A DNA stretch of 64,000 nt from Leucoraja ocellata (lineage: Eukaryota): assembly GCA_036785375.1 (NCBI GenBank), contig JAWMAR010000167.1, positions 5,208,001 through 5,272,000 of the forward strand, written 5' to 3'. Made by a program: the position numbers and the translations under genes. The notes beneath the pieces were generated by a model, which had not been told where the DNA came from, did no database searches, and saw nothing but the letters and a program-made list of their open reading frames with translations. This document shows, one piece after another, positions 25,908 through 40,290 of the stretch. Positions within the stretch are counted from its first letter, which is position 1. Each line of letters begins with the position of its first letter.

Positions 25908-26761
25908 CACAGTTTAATTCAGGTTTCTTTGTATTCTCCCTCTACCAAGATTGTACCAATGTCTCTGCATGGTTTGCCGTTTTTTGGTCCCAATGTTTGG
26001 AGATGTCTTGATTGATTTGTTGGTGGTATTGGTTGAGGGTGAGACATTGGACAGAGAAATGGGACAATACCTCTGCTCAACTGATCCATGGATCTTCTAA
26101 CATCTGCCTGAATGTGACGGATTCTCAGTTGAACATCCCATCCAATGGATGTGGCTCTTGACAATGCAGCAAGCGTTCAGTCACAGCTGGCGGTGCATTT
26201 TGGTTGGGTTTCAATGCAGGTCTTCAGACCCAGAATCAATTAAAATGAGACACACTGGTACGTAGTTACACTCATCAATGGTTCCCAGGTCCTGACTGAT
26301 CTTTACCCGGACCTTCTATTGAATTGGCAGGTGACTAGAAACAAAGAGGCAGCTTATGAAGGATGGAGGTTGTACAGTTGTGGTCCCGCATAGTTCCATG
26401 GCTCTCCATTATCCTGTTAATTCAACTAAAGCATTGCCTTTCCTGGACCATGTGCAGCTTATTACTCTGGGACTCCAATACTCGCATGCTGCAAAGAGAC
26501 AGTCTAGTTGAAAAATGTCTAAGTCGAGGGTGCACATTGGAAGTGACTTAATTGTTTAACCAACCTGCAGAAACTCCTGGGCATCTGATACAGACCCAAT
26601 ACATTGACAATGAGCCCAATTAATTTTTTTTTAATTATCAGCTCAATTGGTGCCATTTATCAAGCACTGCACTATGTTTGTGTGTTATTTTGTCATCTGC
26701 TGCCCCATTATGAAACATGTTTGGTCCTGGTCCAAAGACCACAGATTGGTGGTGATCAGGG

Positions 26762-27054
26762 TCAGTCAGGAATGTCACTGTCCGTTCTGTAGGCTTGCTT
26801 GCGGAGATGTGCTTCGATCTCCTCGCGGAACACTAGCATTCCCAGGTGAGCCTGCGAAGCCTCATTCATGGCCTTCGACTGAATACACATCCGATACTGC
26901 TCTGGCGTCAGCTCATCGGCGCAGTGCTTCTCGTGCCACAGGTGGAAGAGGCTGGAAACCGGTGTCCTCACCACAATCAAATCACTGTGGAGGTACCTCC
27001 TGTACAGGTGGACGTCCTCCCCTCCCCAGCCTTTCACATCTAGGTCAAAGCCAC
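26762..27054 (-). CDS. CSGALNACT2: CSGALNACT2 last coding exon (293 nt to stop), GWGGED motif
   Basis: tctttgcag|GT GGC TTT GAC...; encodes [33 protein letters not shown]...[60 protein letters not shown]. Exon sum 679+217+102+179+95+82+293=1647 nt, in frame. Confidence 0.97.
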
Positions 27055-28396
27055 CTGCAAAGAAAAATCAACACGGCATTGCAAATCAGTTTAGATGTGT
27101 CCATGCAGCTCCATGCAAATGTGGAGCAACCTGTGTGCGAGCCATCTCATGCACTAGATTGCACCGTTAAAATGGCCGGTATGGACGAGGATGCAGATAT
27201 TGACCAAACCTCAAGAGAATCCTTCTTGGACCAGTGCACCGGGATACTGGACAGAACAGTGTCAGGTCCTCAATTGAAATTAAATATTTTGGAACTCCAT
27301 CCTGATTGCACTGGAGTGTCAGGTTAAATCACGGGCTAGTTGCTCGTCTTAGAATGAAGCTGGAGCTATAACGGTCTCTCTCAGAATCCATGTAATAAAC
27401 GGGCTCCATGGGGAAAATAGCTTTAGCGCTCATTCTTGTCGATAACATAGCAGAATTTGAAAATGATAGTGAAGACAAGTCAATGATAACTTGGAAAACG
27501 ATTAGGATAACCACTTGAAAATACATTTGAGTGAACAATGAAAAAGTGCAGGATGGTGGTAATTACCTTCAAAGTGCTAACATATGTATGATGGGCCAAA
27601 TGGACTTTTACTATGCTTCATGGTTCTGTGATATTGATCCTGGTGACTGCTATCCAGTCAAGTACCAAATTCAACAGACTCAATCAAAAGGTGATCAGAG
27701 GTTTGAGCCTCCCATAATTCAGGCAGTGACATTGGATAAGAGACTGTGACTCCTCATTCCCTGACATGTACCAGTACCACCATTTCATCCGCATTGTTGA
27801 AGGTTCAAATTCCACGTAGGTTTTGTCTTAGATTGAATGAGCTTCAGTTTATATGCTCCAGGATTTACGAAGGGCACATTAGAGGAAAACCAGGTTGCAT
27901 GCAATAGGACAAAGAGGTAACATAGAAGCACAGCTGGGAAAAGATACGCCAGCTAAAAGATGAATGAACTGCAACCAGATAAGTGGTGCAGTGTTGGAAA
28001 TATGTTAGTTAATTTCCACACTGCAAGGTCATTACTACCAATATAAAAATCTCTTTTACAGATGCTGGTCGGAGTTTTTAAGCAAAGTTTCACCATTCTT
28101 TGGCAACCATCCATGGGATTTTTTGTATCCATTTGAAGACGGAGAATAGGAACCTGGTTTAATTTAACAACGTTAATTTGTCACCTTTGAAAGTCTTCCT
28201 GAAAGCTGTATTGAAAATCAGCGCAGATTGTGTATTTAAGTCTCTGCAATGAGCTTGAAGCTACAACCATCAGAGTCAGAGGAGAGAATGTGGTATTCAG
28301 TGAATTACAATTACTCAATGCAAACACTGCTACTTGCTGCCATTGTCCCTTCAACCCTGGCCTGCTGTATAAACCAAGTGCATTTATTATTGCTGT

Positions 28397-28560
28397 CAGG
28401 CCCTCTCAGAGGGGGGTCACGAGGCATTTGGCATGGGCTTCATGCCTGTCAGCCTCAAAGGGGCCTCAAATTTTGAGACTTTACACTAGATATTCTTGGT
28501 TTGGGGGGCCTCTACAATTGAAATTGGCCTGGGCCCCAGTTGATCTATGAGAGGGCCGCG
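28397..28560. mobile_element. Small hAT-like MITE (164 bp) in the last CSGALNACT2 intron
   Basis: Imperfect TIR caggccctctca / tgagagggccgcg; 8-bp TSD ATTGCTGT / ATTGTTGT (1 mismatch). Confidence 0.65.
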
Positions 28561-28680
28561 ATTGTTGTCTATTCATTACAAGCAAAAGTGACCTTTCCCC
28601 AATATTCACCCTTCGGCTGTGAAGTCAGACAATGAACACAGAATAGGACAGCATGCGGTTTCATTTCATGGTCCACTTAC

Positions 28681-28762
28681 CAATTGTGAGGAAATCTGAG
28701 CGATATTGACAAGTCATTCCAAATCCAAAATCTCTCCAGAAACCAGAATCTTTCTTATGCAC
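28681..28762 (-). CDS. CSGALNACT2: CSGALNACT2 coding exon 6 (82 nt)
   Basis: cacacag|GTG CAT AAG...; encodes [27 protein letters not shown](G); donor G|gtaagt. Confidence 0.96.
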
Positions 28763-29887
28763 CTGTGTGAAAGAAGTATAACAAGTTTCCAGAAAATGAT
28801 TCGAGTTCATCCTTCTGGAATTTCAACTACATTTTACACCATGATGGAGGAGTATTGAACCATGGAATAGGTATCAGGGGACTCTGATGTGACATTAAAG
28901 GAGCAACCACTTTTATGGAGGACACCACCAAATCCTACTTATTTCCCAACCTCCTTACATCACAATGGAGGAGGCACATGACGAGAATGGGCCCTGCTGG
29001 GAATGACCTGACCACCGATATCAACTCTATTTTCTTGCCTGTAAATTCTATTTCTCAAAACTGCGTGTCTGTTTTGAATATATTTAATGACATGGCATCC
29101 ACAACTCTGGGATACACGATTGCACAAGTTCACAATCCTCAGTAGAAGTTTGTAATCTTATTATCTTTAATCCGTCACTCTTAATCCTGGGATGTGGCTC
29201 CTAGTTTCATATTCTCTTGACCTTCCCCCGAAATGTTATATAAAAACAGAAAATGCTGGAAATACGCAGCTGGTCTGGCAGCATCAGAACCTTTCTGATG
29301 CAAGGTCATTAACCTGAAACATTAACTCTTTTACCCTGTCCACAGTTGCTGCTTGACTTTGACAATTTCCAACAATTTCTGATATATTTCACATTTGCAG
29401 CAATTGCAGCAATTGCTTTAGGTTTATCCTTCAGTACTTTCTATGTTTCAATACGATCACCTTCCATTCTAAACATTGGAGACAATAGATCCAATCCATG
29501 TTTCCCCAAAAGGCAACTCCTCCATCAAGGAATCAATCCAGTGAAAGCTCACCATACTATTTGTAAGTAACCATTCTGAGGCCAAAATTATATACAATTC
29601 CTCTCGCCAATCTATGGTATTGTTGCAAGAAATCATCCTACTCCTGTACTCCATACAATTTGGCTAAGATTCCATTATATTTTATTGTATCTGCATGCTA
29701 ACTGCATGTGTATTCCTGTATGATGATGAACAGGCAATTGAAGTTTTCTATAGATGCTAACCAAGGATAGCAAGGTGACCTTCTTCATATGGTGCCACAG
29801 GATCTTTAACAACCACTTGAATAAATTACATTTTGTAATCCAGTTTGTTTTTCAAATTAAATAAGGTTAATTTCATATGACTCTCAC

Positions 29888-29982
29888 CAGTTGTTGCTCA
29901 ATAGTGGGGGAACCATCCATGCTGGCATAGACAATGACGGGGTTGTACAGGCTGAACACGACCGGATAGAAAACCTTCTTGC
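29888..29982 (-). CDS. CSGALNACT2: CSGALNACT2 coding exon 5 (95 nt)
   Basis: ttctatag|GC AAG AAG...; encodes GKKVFYPVVFSLYNPVIVYASMDGSPTIEQQL; donor CTG|gtgaga. Confidence 0.96.
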
Positions 29983-30296
29983 CTATAGAAAGATCGGATT
30001 TTGTTAAGTGCTGCAAATACCGGTAGGTGAAAGAGAGATTAATGTCAGAGGCATCACACAAAATAATCCAAATAACGGACCTATTTAAGAGTCAACTACT
30101 TTTCTCTTGGCAGATTTAGACCCGTGCAGCCAAGGTCTGAAACTGTTTGGTTTTTTAAATTATAATTTCATCATCACCAGTTTTTTATTACAAATTATTT
30201 AATTGTTGGAGTTCAATTAAATCTCTTGCTTTAGAGGGATTTAGACTAATTCCTCTGGATCTTTATTCCTGGATTATTCCTCCTACACAAAGGATA

Positions 30297-30590
30297 GTTT
30301 TAGTTTAGTTCAGGGATACAGCGCAGAAACAGGCCCTTCGGCCCACTGAGTCCGTGCCAACCAGTACACTAGCACTAGCCTTCACACTATGGACAATTTT
30401 ACAATATTTTACCAGCCATTTAACCTACAAACCTGTACGTCTTTGGAGTGTGGGTGGAAACTGCAGCAACCGGCGAAAACCCACGCAGGTCACGGGGAGA
30501 ATGTACAAACTCCATACAGACAGCACCGGGAGTCAGGATCGAATCCGGGTCTCTGGTACTGCAAGGCAGCAACTCTACTGCTGCGCCACC
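30297..30590 (-). mobile_element. tRNA-derived SINE in a CSGALNACT2 intron
   Basis: Reverse complement of the SINE consensus with (tttag)n tail at 30297-30311. Confidence 0.8.
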
Positions 30591-30787
30591 CCAAGTACTA
30601 CAGTATGTGGTGACAACCAAGCCAATGTGCTCAGATCCTGGAATGGATCATGAACCCACAATCTTCTGAATCAGAGATTACCAACAAACTGCCAAATAAC
30701 TTCCTCAGCACTAAGTGGCCAATGATTAAGATGACTCATGCATTGTAGACACTTTAAACTGATTAGCTAAAAACACTGATGACTCAC

Positions 30788-30966
30788 CAAGCTCTGTATT
30801 TACCCTGCAGCTATTAAGAAACTCGGGGGAGATATAAATATCCACATCGCAGAAAAACATCAGCACTTCGCCTTTGTCCCAGGTCCGGGCTCCCATATCT
30901 AGACCTCGGCCACGTGAAAACTCGTCAGCCAATGAAACCAGCGTGTAGTTGTGGAAATTAGTTTCA
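30788..30966 (-). CDS. CSGALNACT2: CSGALNACT2 coding exon 4 (179 nt), includes the DxD motif (CDVD)
   Basis: ctttgcag|T GAA ACT AAT...; encodes [60 protein letters not shown]; donor G|gtgagt. Confidence 0.97.
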
Positions 30967-31568
30967 CTGCAAAGAAACAAAAATCTTTTATTGTAGCGTT
31001 AACCTGTAAATATTACATTGACAGCGTCAATAACTTAAAGGTACCAGGGAGCTTTTCTGAAGTGTTACAGAGATAAAGGAAGAGCAAAGTTCTGGGACAT
31101 GATATGTTCTTATCGTTTTGAAAATGAATCCAAATGGAATTCAACGTGGGAGACCTGCAGATATGAACCTCCAGGTTTGGTATGCTCCATAGCATGATTT
31201 ACCCAGCAAATATGCCATTTTATTAAAAAATGATATGTGTCCTATTTTGTCCAAGGGCAGACATTCCCACCAAATATTTCCTCTGGTCAAAATGCATTAG
31301 GGAGATGTCAACCAATTTCTCTGCTTATAAAAGAAATCAGAAAAAATATGGAGTGTGTGTGTGTGTTATTGTTCACAGTGTACATATTCTGTTGTGGTGC
31401 TGTACGTAAGAATTTCATTGTTCTATCTGGGACATATGACGATAAAACACTCCTGACTCTTTTAATCTCTCAACCCTGAATGCAAACTCGAAGTGATAAA
31501 TCTGCAGCTACAACTTTTAGACACATTCTTAGAGTTAGTTTCTGAACAGTGATTGCTAGGTAGCTCAC

Positions 31569-31670
31569 CTGGCCGTGAGATCCAGGATCTTCCTCACTTC
31601 TTCTAATCCTTCCTGGCCAAAGTAGACAACTGTAAGATAAACGTGTCTGTCCTGCTGAATGCATACCTCC
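31569..31670 (-). CDS. CSGALNACT2: CSGALNACT2 coding exon 3 (102 nt)
   Basis: ttactcag|G GAG GTA TGC...; encodes EVCIQQDRHVYLTVVYFGQEGLEEVRKILDLTAS; donor AG|gtgagc. Confidence 0.95.
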
Positions 31671-32141
31671 CTGAGTAAAATAATTTGAAATTTAAGCATG
31701 GGTAGAAGAATACAATAATAATACCGAGTCATTTAATTGATATGAAATGCAGGTGCACTGATTGTACAGACGCCTGGCTTTGATGTTTTGCTGCATTACT
31801 TCTGCTACTGTACCAACAGCATTAATCAAATGGCAACTAAAGTGAATAGCCCCGATAACATACGATGCAAACTAGTCACATGTACAATGCAAGCCACAGA
31901 CTAACATCCCACATAAGCATTGCACGAGGTGAAATTTGATATTAGGAATCATTCACTGATGATATATCTCCTGATACCAATACTGTAAAATTGATATAGC
32001 TAAATTCCTATTGGGGACCTCAAGGTAAGTTCTGGCAGCAGCCCCTTGGATTTGAAATCCTCAGTTAACTTTAAGAGGATCTAATAAGCTCCTCAGGTAA
32101 TGTTGCTTGGATTTTACTTGCTCCCTTTAACGTACTCTCAC

Positions 32142-32358
32142 CTGAAGTTCTGCATGAATTGGGCGAACGCCTCTGTGCGGCCAGATAGTGGCACGATTAT
32201 ATTGATGATCTGATGCGAGATGTCGATCACTTCACTTTTCACCTTCATAAGTGGACCAAATGGCCGGAAGAGTGTGACATGTTGAAATTCATCTAGAAAT
32301 TCCTTTTTGTAGAATAATTCATATAAGGTGCCCTTGTCCCTTTCTGTTCGATAGTAAC
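32142..32358 (-). CDS. CSGALNACT2: CSGALNACT2 coding exon 2 (217 nt)
   Basis: Acceptor atttcag|GT TAC TAT CGA. Encodes [20 protein letters not shown]...[21 protein letters not shown]...[22 protein letters not shown]. Donor AG|gtgaga. Phases fit the neighbouring exons. Confidence 0.96.
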
Positions 32359-32464
32359 CTGAAATATGTAAATAAGTTGAGAAAATAAAGTTACTAGAAA
32401 GTTAAAAATATATATTTTTAGTGCTGAAATACTATTGACCAGTGTCGAGGATTTAATTTGGGTG

Positions 32465-32782
32465 TATAGAGTGATACAGTGTGGAAACAGGCTCTATGGC
32501 CCAACTTGCCCACACAGGCCAACGCGTCCCAGGTACACCCGTCCCACCTGCCTGCATTTAGTCCATATCCCTCCAAAACTGTCCTATCCATGTACCTGTC
32601 TAACTGTTTCTTAAATGTTGGGATAGTCCCTGCTTCAACTACCTCCTCTGGCAGCTTGTTCCATACACCCACCACCCTTTGTGTGAAAAAGTTACCCTTT
32701 AGATTCCTATTAAATCCTTTCCCCTTCACCTTAAACCTATGTCCTCTGCTCCTCGATTCACCTACTCTGGCAAGAGAGTTGT
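32465..32782 (-). mobile_element. CR1-like LINE 3' end (ORF2 C-terminus and 3'UTR)
   Basis: RGHRFKVKGKGFNRNLKGNFFTQRVVGVWNKLPEEVVEAGTIPTFKKQLDRYM is the typical CR1 ORF2 end. Confidence 0.88.
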
Positions 32783-33651
32783 TTCCTTCACTGCACATGA
32801 AAACCCTGAAAGGAAAGGTCATGACAGAACTTGCCTCGATCAAATCACCCTGATGTCAATGACAATGTATCCCCCAGGATTTCCGCCGCTGGACCGTTCT
32901 GCTACACTGCAGCATCAATGGTTCTGTACGGAGGAGAATCTCTTCCCTACCCCCCACCCTCAAAAATCCTTCCCCTTGAAGCACAGGAAACAGGCATATG
33001 CGTTCACCTTTGAAAATACCATTCAAGAAACAAAATTATTATCTAACAGATGGTCAATGTTATTATCAAAATCTTAGTTAGATGTTTACAAAACTGAGTC
33101 CCGACCCGCGACATCGCCTGTCCATTCCCCCCACAGATGCTCTCTGGCGCGCTGAGTTCCTCCAGCACTTTGTGTTTTGTTCAAGATTCCAGCATCTGCA
33201 GTTTTTTTACGTCTCCTCTTCAGAAAACGGAATCTCGGTTAGAAATGGCAAAATTGGACAGCAGAGGGCAGTACAGAGCAACAAAATAACCAGCCCCAGC
33301 CATCTGGGTGACTGAGAGGATGTGAAGTATCGTTGAATGGCCAGCAGTCATCAAACTTATGCTTTCATAGAAAAACAGACAGAATGTAATCAAAATGGAA
33401 TTTAACCTTCAGCAACTATCATGCAGGGACTGAGCAAAATTCTGCAGAAACAGTAACACACACTGCTGCAGTGTTTCCACTACAGAACCAATAGGTTGTA
33501 TAACATTGGTTAGAAGCACTAAAGTTAAATAGTTTCAGTTCTGTGCAAATTTAAAACAAGGAAGACAGCAAAACAATGATTCCTTCCCCATGGAAAGCAC
33601 ACATGGGTTGGATGTCAAATGAGAATAGTTGCCATGTCTGTACAAGCAATC

Positions 33652-33743
33652 AGTCTGAAGAAGGGTCTCGACCCGAAACGTCACCCATTCCTTCTCCAAA
33701 GATGCTGCCTGTCCCGCTGAGTTACTCCAGCATTTTGTGTCTA
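33652..33743 (+). mobile_element. Penelope-derived repeat with intact hammerhead-like core (33655-33682)
   Basis: CTGAAGA-A-GGGT-CTCG-ACCC-GAAAC-GTC followed by the family arm. Confidence 0.75.
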
Positions 33744-36700
33744 CCAAGCGATCAAACTTTTCCGACACTGGCCTCATCTAACAAAAGAGAGTTAGATATT
33801 CTTAGGGCTAGTGGAATCAAGGGATATGGGTAGAAGGCAGGAACGGGGTACTGATTGGGGTTGATCAGTCATGATCACATTGAATGGCGGTGCTGGCTCG
33901 AAAGGCCAAATGGCCTACTCCTGCACCTATTGTCTATGTATCTGTGCAAATTGCAACTATAGGAAGAGTATGACTGTACAATCTTAAATGAACAGAAGCA
34001 TGGCTGCAGGATCAACTTTTATAACTTGCAATAATCTATTCTCCCTGCCCCACTGTGCAGAAGTTTAACACAGTTAATGTTGCATTTTTATGCTAAACCT
34101 TTAGGGTTTGCAGGTAATGAAAGAGTCTAGTGTTTTCAGTGAGCTCATGGCAGTGCATTCTAACTGTACACATGCATTGTTTACTATAGGAGATAGACAT
34201 GAACCAGGCAGGGAGATAGGACAGAGTACACTGGACATAACTCAATCAATCTTTCAGAGACCGCCAACTGCAGCAACATGTCTGCAGTTTAAGTGCAAAC
34301 TTCACTTTGATTAAATGTGGCCACTCCACAAAAGTCTTTTTTTTTAAATGATAAACCCACAAATAGCTGGCACATGGTCGGCATGTTGATACACTTGCAC
34401 TGTATATAAATGTGTTTAACAAACTGTCTGCTGTCAAATGTATCCATGACAATAAATGATGCATTGGCATTGGGAAATTGCAACAACAAACAGATACACT
34501 GGATCAAGACTGCACCACAAATGGTTAAAATGATATGATGTATACTTTCCAAAATATGGTCTACCAATAATCTGGTGTCCGACTCATTGGAGACCCTAAG
34601 CAGCTGGGTCATTCATTAGTGTGAGATGGAGGTTGAGAGTGTGGGATCGTGTTTGCAGTCAGAGTCCTTGCACTTTTCAGAAATTTCAAAGCAGTAACTT
34701 GCTGGGGGCATGGTCTCCTGCTCCTTTACACTCAACAAGTTGACTGGAAAATTTATTACACTACAGGTTGAAACACCCTTGTCTAGTACCCATGAGACCT
34801 GGAGCGTAGAATTTGCTCCAAGAACACCCCTCCCCCGTGTAAACATATACCTATCCCCATGGCTGTCAGTTCACTCTGTACGTCCCATTAAGTACTTGCC
34901 CACTGTGAACCAACACCCTGCAGGATATTGTCCTTGGTAAACATTTAGTTCTCTGTGTGCACTTAGAGTGAGAGAGGGAGAGATAGTGAGAGAGAGGGCG
35001 AGAGGTAGAGAGAAAGAGAGAGATGGTGAGGGTATCTTCTGTTTTCACCAGATTTCCTGCAGCTTTGTCAAGCCTCACATCAGAACAGTCAGTTCCAATA
35101 CAAAGGGGAAAATCCAATACAAAGTTAGCTGAAATCATAGAATTTGACAGCAAGTTGCAATGACTGCAATGTGCCCCGATGCAAGATGAGGTGTTCTTCC
35201 CCTGGCTTGTATTGGCCTCACTGAAACAGAGCAGGATGCCACAGCAAGATATGTCACAGTGGAAGTGGGATAGTGGGTTAATGTTACAGGCAACTAGAAC
35301 TTGGTTTTGTCCTGCAGCTTGAACCAAGGTGCTCCAGACAGCAATCATCCAACCTGCGCTTTTTTTCCCCTAATACGGCGGAGGTTACAATATACACCAC
35401 TGTGATATGCCAAATTGGAACAAGTGCAAGTGAATTACTGCTTCATCAAGAAGGATCAAGTACAAGAGCACGAGCTGCATCTTCTTTGGTTGCATAGGGA
35501 AGTGCAAAGAAAAGGGAAGGGGTTTGTGGTGATGACAATGTGTGCCAGGGAGTTTCCCCTGCAATGCTGAGGATTCTGAGAAGCAGAAGTAGGATTCCCC
35601 TCGATACCGTCCCATCAGTGCCTGCTGCCTCTTCCACTGAGGCCCAACGGAAGCTCCGGGGAACAGCAGCTAATCATCTGTCTGGAAACGGTGCGAGTGG
35701 AGAAATAGCACGGAGGTGGTTGGGCTGGGGAGAGAGCAGGTGAGCACAGAGAGGGCGAACAACTGAAGGGGAGTGCAGATGAGCAGGACAGAGGTAGAGA
35801 GGTGTAAAGAGAGCCAGCCAGAGGAGGGAAGCAGAGTAACACGCCCTGGTATCCTCAGCTTCTATACGAGCCGTTGGAATGAACACTGCGTCTCATTAGA
35901 CATCTTGCGTTGTGCAGCACCCTACCGCTATTGAGCAGGTTTATGAATTATCAACTCACCAGCCTCTCCTTACAACCCAAGTTCTCCAGTCCCAGTAACA
36001 TGCTTAATCCCCATCATACACCCAATGTATGTGCTATATACATTGGAAAGGATATAGGGTGCAAGGAGGTGAATCACTTTCACAGACTTTAACCTGCACT
36101 TTTTGCACTTTATGTGGATGATCCACTTGGAGTTTGGATCAACAGTGACTCTAGGGCGTTGGTGGCAGCCTTTCATCAATAGTTATACTTTTGAATGTTA
36201 AGTGTAATTGGAGACATTTATTGCTTTGCGCATTTGTAACGTGAATGTTAGTGCCACTTATCAGCCCATGCCTAAACATGATCTAGGAATGATGGTGTGC
36301 CATGCTTCATTTACTAGAAGTAATCTTTGAAGAAAGGTCCCTATCCACGTCCTCCAGAGATGCTGCCTGACTTTCCGGGTTACTCCAGCGATGTGTCGAG
36401 TTACTCCAGCACGAGTTACTCACAGTCACTCTTTATGAGCAAGTTCCTTACTTCATTCTGAAATTTCCTTGATCCTTTAATTAATGCCGAGGAAAATACT
36501 CAGGTTCCCCAATATATATGTTAGCAGTTCCTCCACTATATTCAGTGGAAATTCTTGACCTTAGTTTTGATAATATAAGAGTCCAAACATTGTAATCAAC
36601 AACTGGTTCACTGCCAAAAGAAATCTCCAAATAATCAAACTAGTTTTAGTTTAGTTTATCATAATGTGTAACGAGGTATTGTGAAAAGCTTTTGTTGCGT

Positions 36701-36835
36701 GCTATCAAGTCAAAGAAAACTATACATGATTACTATCAAGCCGTCCTCCACTTTGTGAAAGGCAGCGAACATTGGGAACTGGCAAACATAGGAGTAGATC
36801 TATGTTCAACAATAAGGAAAATGCCTCTTTGCTGA

Positions 36836-37120
36836 TTTAGTTTAGTTTAGTTTAGAGATACAGGGCCTTTGACCCATGAGTCCGCACCGACCCAGCACTA
36901 ATCTACCCCTTGGAACAATTTACAATCTTTTACCAAAGCCAATTAACTTACAAACCTGTATGTCTTTGGAGTGTGGGAGGAAACCGGAGTACCTGGACAA
37001 AACCCATGCAGTTACGGGGAGAACATACAAATTCCGTACAGACAGCACCCGTAGTCAGGATCAAATCCGTATTTCTGGCGCTGTAAGGCAGTAGTCTACT
37101 GCTGCACCACCATGCCACCC
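36836..37120 (-). mobile_element. tRNA-derived SINE
   Basis: (tttag)4 tail, SINE core, and tRNA head gctgcaccaccatgccaccc. Confidence 0.8.
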
Positions 37121-39959
37121 TAATGTATCAAGGGAAATATGATAAACTGGTCTGCTTGCTGGATTGGGAAAAAGATTCCCAGCACAGGAGCAAACAGGAC
37201 AATAAATGAATGCTGGAATTACATCGAGATACTCATTTGCAATTACAGTGGCCTTGTCATAAATTCTTCTCTTTGCACAGGGTTTAAAATGACAAAATAT
37301 AAAAAATTATATTTTAGTCAAAATTTATAAACCTGCTCAATAGCAGTAGGGTGCTGCAAAATGCAAGAATATAACTAGAAAAAGGGATTCCGACATCTCA
37401 CACAACATCATTTTTTTGTCGACCCGTCCCTTTAATGATTTCCAGGAAGATATATTTTTGTACCGATTCCAAATGGAAACTGTGAAAATTGAAAGGGATG
37501 AGACTTAAGCTGATCACTATTGACCTGCCTGGAAAAGAAAGGAGATTTCTCACGTTCTGTAATCCGTGTTAAATAACCCTTAAGTGTTCTATTAGCAGCC
37601 TACATATTTGAAGATTAGAGGATAAAAAAATACAAAACTTAATGCCTAGTTAATTCTCTCTTGGTCTGTCAACATATTGCTGCGGACACTCTCAAGTAAA
37701 TGGTCAACCAGCGATTATCATTGAGATCAAACATTCGAATAAGAGCCATGGTAATAAATAATAGGTCAAAGGACATTTCTGGTGCAGTGAAATTTGAGTT
37801 GCACAAAGGGATAAATATGTCTTTCTGGATGACATTGATGCAAGAATCACTTATCAATATCACTTTATCTCCCTGACAGTTTACTCTGTAAACTCGGGTA
37901 AACTTGTTATTACCTTTCTTGGGAAATCTGTTCCATAAGTTCACCATCCTCTTTTCGTGGCTCTTGCACCTTAAAATTAACAATTGCTCCAGGCAGTTTC
38001 TGCCCTCTCAGTAAGGATTTCAACATTTGTTCAACTGGTAATTAACAGGTCAAGCAAAGGGATGCTGCCTCTGAATATGGAACACAACTTTGATACTGCA
38101 GGGGAACTACAGCCTCAGATACACGATTAAAGCTCAAAGCTACAGTTTTTGACTGAAAGGTAAAATTAGTTTAGTTTAGTTTATTGTCACGTGTATCAAG
38201 GTACCGTGAAAAGCTTTTTGTTGCGTGCTAACCAGGCAGATGGATCTCGATCCGAAGCGTCACCCATTCCTTGTACCCGGAGATGCTACCTGTCACGCTG
38301 AGTTACTCCAGCATTTTGTGTCCATCTTCCGTGGAAAGACTATACATGATTAGAGTGCTATTAACTAAAGGCAAAACTATGTCAAAAGGCACCGAGCAAT
38401 TCTGACTGCCAGCCCTGTTCCCAGATAGAAAAAGGTAGCAGTAAATCAGAAGCACAAATAGTGCTTGTTAATGAGTTATTTTTATTTTTACAACATGATG
38501 TCAATTAAGTCAATACTGGGCAAATGGGTTATTTAACTACACATTTGAATGAATGGTTGTTCATTAACTACCGTGCACTAGATTAGGAAATCATTTTTAG
38601 GCAATCAGGGAGCAGTGAGATTTTAAAGGGCAGGCATGGATTTTTGCTCCATGCCCTTAATGTTTAGTTCTCAGTGAAACCTAAAGCACACAAGAGAAAC
38701 ATATACTTTGATGCTTATAGCTAATATTTATCCCCCAATCAGCATCAGTAAAACAGATGTGATCATTATCGTGCCACTTTTGTGCAATCCAGCTGTGCAC
38801 AGATTAAGTATGGTACAGACCCAGACTGCAACAGTGATTGGATTTGAACTTAAAATACTTTACTTATTACAAAATGCTTTAGGACATGCACCAAATCAAT
38901 GCATATTTGTTCTTTCGCATTCATTCAAACACTGGGTTCTGAATGTTTCAATACTGGCAATTAAGAGATATAAATGCAGCTCCTGCTAAATATCCGGCCT
39001 GCACTTCAGACATTAGAAACTGCAGCCGGATGTCCAATTTTAAAATGGCTAATTAAGATGCTTGAGAACTATGGATAAAGTTTCTCAGCTCAACCTTCCT
39101 CTTTCCCCACGAGTAAATCAAAATAAAGCTGCTCAAGGGATTTTACGATCCAGAAAAAGGGCTTGAATTTGCCTACAGGGCAACAATAACTAGGATCAAA
39201 CTAATTAAACATTGCCACCAATGGCTTGTGCTGGCCAATGTAGCAAGGTTAGATCAAACACATATTTGGCCACTACATACTGCAGGAGGAAAAGATTCAA
39301 AGCCAGAAGCCACATACTTTCAAAATCTACTTGAAAACAGCCATGTCCAGAATCTACAAGTAATGGTAACAAAAGCCATAACAGAGGGGGATAGTGGGAT
39401 GGGGTGGGGTTATGACAGGAAAGCAGCAATCTAAGATAATATATGTTTTTGGGTACAGGTGAGGGGTTAGGTGTCTGAGGGAGACTGGAATAACAATACT
39501 GGAAGATGCTTGAAAGGTAAAGGTATATAGAAAGGTTGAAAGATGAACTGTAACAGCAAAACTAATGAAGACAGTGGAAGGCAAAGAGAGAGCTATAGAA
39601 ACCTGGAGGTTACATTTCTGGATTAGTGTTCTGAGGTATAGAATACTGATCAGAACTGATCAAACATGTTCGAATGAGTTGAGAAGCATGGCCCAAGACA
39701 TGCAATAAATATGGATGCTGCAAGCTAACATTCAAACAAATTTGACACTGCCAACTCAGTTTTACTTCATGAAGTCGATAACATTCCCTCCAATACTGCA
39801 CTTGAACACTGTAATTCTACATGACAATTCCCTTATTTAAGGAATAGGGAAAGTGATATCCAGTGAATGCATTATACATCTTTTTGCAAGACTACCTTGC
39901 TCTGCAAGCACAGAAACACCCAGGAAATTGTGGTTTCAAAACCTATTTGAGAAAAGACT

Positions 39960-40290
39960 AGTCTGAAGAAGGGACTCGACGTTAAACGTCACCCATTCCT
40001 TCTCTCCAGAGATGCTGCCTGTCCCGCTGAGCTACTCCATCTCATATTGCTTACCGAGAGTCCAATTGGTAGCAGCTTTTGCTTCATTACAATAGTGACC
40101 ATTTTCCAAAGTACTTAACTAATTGTAAGTAAACAAAAAGGCTGGAGGAACTCAGCGGGTGAGGCAGCATCTACGGAGAGAAGAAATAAGCGACGTTTCA
40201 GGTCGAGACCCTTCATCAGACTGATCCATGAAACCACTTCCATTTTTGTCTACCTTCGAATTTTCCAGCATCTGCAGTTCTTTCTTAAAT
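39960..40290. mobile_element. Two Penelope-derived repeat copies; minus-strand core CTGATGA...GAAACGTC at 40192-40219
   Basis: Family consensus in both orientations. Confidence 0.7.

Noticed and set aside
26647-27327. 226-aa plus-strand ORF
   Set aside because: Antisense to the last CSGALNACT2 exon and intron; no domain-like features.
34289-34612. MDTFDS peptide matching the RET long-isoform C-terminus (RET neighbours CSGALNACT2 in human)
   Set aside because: Lies mid-ORF inside a CSGALNACT2 intron, not followed by a stop, and the flanking residues do not match; chance.
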